Shown: piece by piece, positions 27,087 through 30,578 of the stretch
How positions within the stretch are numbered: position 1 is the first letter of the stretch
How the letters are laid out: each line of letters starts with the position of its first letter
Origin: a bacterium
Lineage (GTDB): Bacteria > SZUA-182 > DTGQ01
DNA: 30,578 bases
NCBI GenBank assembly: GCA_040752695.1
Contig: JBFMGO010000078.1
Span: 1 to 30,578 of the forward strand
Reading direction: 5' to 3'
Program-made: the position numbers and the translations under genes
The notes under the pieces: generated by a model
What the model saw: the letters and a program-made list of their open reading frames with translations, nothing else
Told to the model about the DNA's origin: nothing
Database searches by the model: none

Positions 27087-30000
27087 ATGAAGAAACTGAT
27101 TGTTTTTGTAAGTATTTTTATCGGTGTTTTCACTGTTTTTGGGTCTGCGGCAGCTATTCCCTTAGCCGGAGAATATACCGTTAATAATACTGTTACCAAG
27201 CTCGATGATGATTCATTCATTTTTACTTACGACATTACCAACAATAACCAGCAAATAGGGAAATCAATGACTGGACTTGATGGTTTTTTTGTTCAAGTGC
27301 CAGCTTCAGCTGTTATTACAAACATAACCCTTCCTCCCTCTTACAAACCGGGAGGTTATTGGACAAGCTGTATCACCTCTGATTCAGCATGTAAATCCTC
27401 TGAAGATGTTATTTCAAGCAATGCACCAGAGGTAAATTTATTGCCTGGTAATGTATGGTTATTTTGGTGGGGGAATAATCCAGAATCAGTTTATCCAATT
27501 GGCTCTACGGTTAGATTCAGTTTTCAGGCAGATGGAGTAAATGTAGGCTTAACTTCCAGCGTTTCAGCTAGTTACTGGGCCTGGAATACACCTCTATCAC
27601 CTTATTTTGAATCCCCTGGAATCGCCTATTATTCTTTTTTTTCAAACAGCGTGACTGGGCCAGTAAATCCAATAACTATGACACAATCAGGTATCTGGCC
27701 GTGTATGGGACATGATCCAATGCGCACCGGACGGAGTCCCTCTATCGGGGCACTGACTAATAACCTGAAATGGAATTATAAAACCGGGGATAGTATCCCT
27801 TCCTCACCAATCATAGGTGCAGATGGCACGGTCTATGTCGGAAGTTGGGACAACAAGCTCTACGCTCTCAATCCTGATGGCAGCTTGAAGTGGAGTTATC
27901 AGACGGAGAACGGTATCTATTCCACACCGGCCATAGGTGCAGATGGCACGGTCTATATCGGAAGTTTGGACAACAAGCTCTATGCCCTCAATCCTGATGG
28001 CAGTCTGAAATGGAGTTATAAGACAGGGGACTTGATCAGATCCTCACCAGCCATAGGTTCAGATGGCACGGTCTATGTGGGGAGTCATGATAATAAACTC
28101 TATGCCCTCAATCCAACGGGCAGCCTGAAGTGGAGCTATCAGACAGAGGGAGATGTCGAATCCTCACCGGCCATAGGGACAGATGGTACGGTCTATGTCG
28201 GAAGTTATATATCTCTATATATTGAAGACGAGTGGATTCCCAACTGCAAGCTCTATGCCCTCAATCCCGATGGCAGCCTCAAATGGGCCTATCAGACGGG
28301 GGGAGGCATCTTGTCCTCACCGGCCATAGGTGCAGATGGCACGGTCTATGTCGGAAGCTATGATAAAAAGCTCTATGCCCTCAATCCCGATGGCAGCCTC
28401 AAATGGAGTTATCAGACGGAGAACGGAATCTATTCCTCACCGGCCATAGGGACAAACGGCACGGTCTATGTCGGAAGTGGAGATAAAAAGCTCTATGCCC
28501 TCAATCCTGATGGAAGCTTGAAGTGGAGCTATCCCACGGGAAATTGGGTATCATCCTCACCGGCTATAGGTGCAGATGGCACGGTCTATGTCGGAAGCTA
28601 TGATAAAAAGCTCTATGCCCTCAATCCCGATGGCAGCCTGAAATGGAGCTATCAGACGGGGGGGTGGGTATTATCTTCACCGGCCATAGGTGCAGATGGC
28701 ACGGTCTATGTCGGAAGTCATGATGGCTATCTCTACGCATTTGGTGACAAGGAGAAGCAAGTAGCCAAACCCACATTTTCTCCCTCTCCGGGCACTTTTA
28801 CCGATTCTGTTGCTGTTACCATCACCTGTACGACTACAGGGGCTACGATTCGCTACACCACCGATGGTAGTGAGCCAACTGATGGATCGGCGGTCTATAC
28901 AGGGCCTGTCACTATTACCAAAACCACTATTCTCAAGGCCAAAGGATTTAAAGCCAATTGCTCACCAAGTGATACCACACAGGGAACCTATTCTACGGGT
29001 TTGAGAGTTGAGCTATCGGGTACAAACGTCATTTTTCTTGCTGGCCGTACAGATGTGACTATCCCGCTACTGGGTGCCTATGATCCTGATTTTCCGATTC
29101 TCCGGCATAGTGTTGTCTCCTCGGATTTTCTCCGGGAAAACTTCCCAATTTCTCTTCCTGCGCATGCTGACATGGTTTTTACCTTTCAAGCAAGTGGACT
29201 TATAGACTATTATAATGGCCTTGGTGCACAATCCGGAATCGGTTTTGGGCCTGATGGCGGTGAACCCAACGGGAGCGATCTCTCGAATCTGGATGGTATA
29301 AGTGGTTACAAAGGTCCCCAAGGCGCTTTAGTGGGTGTTTTCTTGGATGATTCTAATCCGTTTGGTAAAAAACCACCTAGTACATTGAATTTCTGGGAGG
29401 GAGGTATCGGCACTTCATTTGAAAGCCTAACCCCTGCACTAGGACAAGTTTTCTTCATTGGTGACGGAAGGACATCGAATGGCAAGGCTCAACGCTTCTT
29501 CACCCCGGCAGGAGCAACCAGATTATTTATTGGAATTCCGGATGGCTGGAATTTCTGTGGTTCACCTGGATATTACGAAGATAACGATGGCTCTTTTATC
29601 GTGGATATCGAAACTTTTGCAGCACCCGAAGACAAACCAATACTCTATGAAGATTTTAACGATAATATCACCAACACTTCTCTGTGGGAGATTAAAACAG
29701 ATGGCTCCGGTCCGATAATTGCTGAAACCAACGGCAGGCTGGAAATCAGTTTTCCTACCAACTCAGCAGATGATCCGGCTAAAGGAGCATTTTCTGCCAA
29801 TTATTCAAGTATTTGTAAGTTGAAGGGTGATTTTGATATACAAATTGATTATGAGCTTCTTAATTGGCCAGCCAAGAATGGGGTAAGGGTAGGTTTAACG
29901 GTCATCGGACCAAGGAGAAACGAGGCTGTAGAGCGTGTCAGTCTGGGCAATTCAGATTTCTCCGGCTATCCGAGTGAAGAATATGTGGTTGATTTTACAA

Positions 30001-30578
30001 ATGGCATTCAATTTATGGCCGCTCCTCCCGACAATCTTTCAGGTAAGTTAAGGCTGGTAAGGTCGGGGGCTACCTTAACAGGTTACTACTATAATAATAG
30101 TTGGGTTCCTATATATTCAACAACAGTAACTACTGAAGACGTTGGTTTTTGTTATAGTGCCTGGAGCCATAATTACGTTTTCGCGGATCGAGAGGTTAAG
30201 GTAGCTTTTGATAACTTTATTATAAACAAGGGATCGTATACATGCTGCAAAGTATCTAAGCCTGTGCTTGATCCTGCTCCACCAGCCAGCTTTGCTGGTT
30301 CCACAACGGTTAAGATCACCTGCGAGAGCGGTGCAACGATCCGCTATACCACCGATAACAGTGAGCCAACCGAAAGGTCACAGATCTATACAGGCCCTCT
30401 TACCCTTACCAAAACCACTACCCTCAAGGCCAAAGCGTTTAAAGCTAATTGCTCCCCGAGCGATACCGTGCCCGGAACCTATACCGCATGCAAAGTATCT
30501 AAGCCTGTGCTTGATCCTGCTCCACCAGCCAGCTTTGCTGGTTCCACAACGGTTAAGATCACCTGCGAGAGCGGTGCA
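27087..30578 (+). CDS. large secreted multidomain surface protein (PQQ-like beta-propeller, Fn3-associated/chitobiase C-terminal-like repeats, beta-rich domains), 3'-truncated, not in the ORF track
   Basis: Manual translation from ATG 27087 (purine-rich RBS region GAGGAGAAGGAAGG) shows no stop over 1164 codons. Signal peptide MKKLIVFVSIFIGVFTVFGSAAA-I, WPCMGHDPMRTGRS lead-in, eight LKWSY..SSPAIG.DGTVYVGS.D.KLYAL repeats, and ATIRYTTD.SEP modules. Confidence 0.92.
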   Translation, partial: MKKLIVFVSIFIGVFTVFGSAAAIPLAGEYTVNNTVTKLDDDSFIFTYDITNNNQQIGKSMTGLDGFFVQVPASAVITNITLPPSYKPGGYWTSCITSDSACKSSEDVISSNAPEVNLLPGNVWLFWWGNNPESVYPIGSTVRFSFQADGVNVGLTSSVSASYWAWNTPLSPYFESPGIAYYSFFSNSVTGPVNPITMTQSGIWPCMGHDPMRTGRSPSIGALTNNLKWNYKTGDSIPSSPIIGADGTVYVGSWDNKLYALNPDGSLKWSYQTENGIYSTPAIGADGTVYIGSLDNKLYALNPDGSLKWSYKTGDLIRSSPAIGSDGTVYVGSHDNKLYALNPTGSLKWSYQTEGDVESSPAIGTDGTVYVGSYISLYIEDEWIPNCKLYALNPDGSLKWAYQTGGGILSSPAIGADGTVYVGSYDKKLYALNPDGSLKWSYQTENGIYSSPAIGTNGTVYVGSGDKKLYALNPDGSLKWSYPTGNWVSSSPAIGADGTVYVGSYDKKLYALNPDGSLKWSYQTGGWVLSSPAIGADGTVYVGSHDGYLYAFGDKEKQVAKPTFSPSPGTFTDSVAVTITCTTTGATIRYTTDGSEPTDGSAVYTGPVTITKTTILKAKGFKANCSPSDTTQGTYSTGLRVELSGTNVIFLAGRTDVTIPLLGAYDPDFPILRHSVVSSDFLRENFPISLPAHADMVFTFQASGLIDYYNGLGAQSGIGFGPDGGEPNGSDLSNLDGISGYKGPQGALVGVFLDDSNPFGKKPPSTLNFWEGGIGTSFESLTPALGQVFFIGDGRTSNGKAQRFFTPAGATRLFIGIPDGWNFCGSPGYYEDNDGSFIVDIETFAAPEDKPILYEDFNDNITNTSLWEIKTDGSGPIIAETNGRLEISFPTNSADDPAKGAFSANYSSICKLKGDFDIQIDYELLNWPAKNGVRVGLTVIGPRRNEAVERVSLGNSDFSGYPSEEYVVDFTNGIQFMAAPPDNLSGKLRLVRSGATLTGYYYNNSWVPIYSTTVTTEDVGFCYSAWSHNYVFADREVKVAFDNFIINKGSYTCCKVSKPVLDPAPPASFAGSTTVKITCESGATIRYTTDNSEPTERSQIYTGPLTLTKTTTLKAKAFKANCSPSDTVPGTYTACKVSKPVLDPAPPASFAGSTTVKITCESGA
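27765..28746 (+). repeat. eight coding tandem repeats of 120 bp (40-aa propeller blades)
   Basis: Units start at 27765, 27885, 28005, 28125, 28278, 28398, 28518 and 28638. Unit 4 is 33 nt longer than the others. Confidence 0.95.
30246..30578 (+). repeat. 243-bp-period coding tandem repeat (81-aa Fn3-associated-like domain)
   Basis: 30489-30578 is identical to 30246-30335. A diverged copy lies at about 28761-28995. Confidence 0.95.

Noticed and set aside
27765..28746. CRISPR array or diversity-generating retroelement target
   Set aside because: The repeats are in-frame 120-bp protein repeats without unique spacers. Differences are not restricted to adenines, and no cas or reverse-transcriptase gene is in the window.
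28810..29718. Three short track ORFs (28810..29004, 29067..29321, 29458..29718)
   Set aside because: They are shadow frames inside the long ORF that starts at 27087.
1..30578. tRNA, rRNA, transposase, integrase or prophage genes
   Set aside because: None was recognisable by eye. A tRNAscan-SE/Rfam run would be needed to exclude small RNAs formally.

Overview
Bacterial chromosomal region, probably from an anaerobe (inferred from the group 3b hydrogenase). GC is moderate, with visibly AT-richer patches at about 7.5-8.6 kb and 26.85-27.1 kb. In order it carries: a large secreted protein with C-terminal cadherin/Ig-like domains; an apparent operon of class II cyclic-nucleotide phosphodiesterase, CHASE2 adenylate cyclase and DUF1805; a toxin-first RelE/HigB-XRE toxin-antitoxin pair that is probably leaderless; a divergent Flp-pilin-like gene missed by the ORF track; rimO; a thioredoxin-CcdA-like membrane protein; a UPF0316 protein; an MFS transporter; an S10 carboxypeptidase; a nucleotidyltransferase-like/TPM/LemA trio; a dockerin-like protein; a GNAT-deacetylase fusion; a stand-alone GAF-GAF protein; and a four-gene group 3b [NiFe]-hydrogenase whose large subunit lacks a C-terminal extension. 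The last 3.5 kb is one ORF of at least 1164 aa, also missed by the track because it runs off the end. It encodes a modular surface protein with an 8-bladed PQQ-like propeller whose blades vary mainly at two sites. Short tandem duplications are common, especially in intergenic DNA. I recognised no rRNA, tRNA, CRISPR array, transposase or reverse transcriptase. All family calls are by-eye motif recognition, not database searches.
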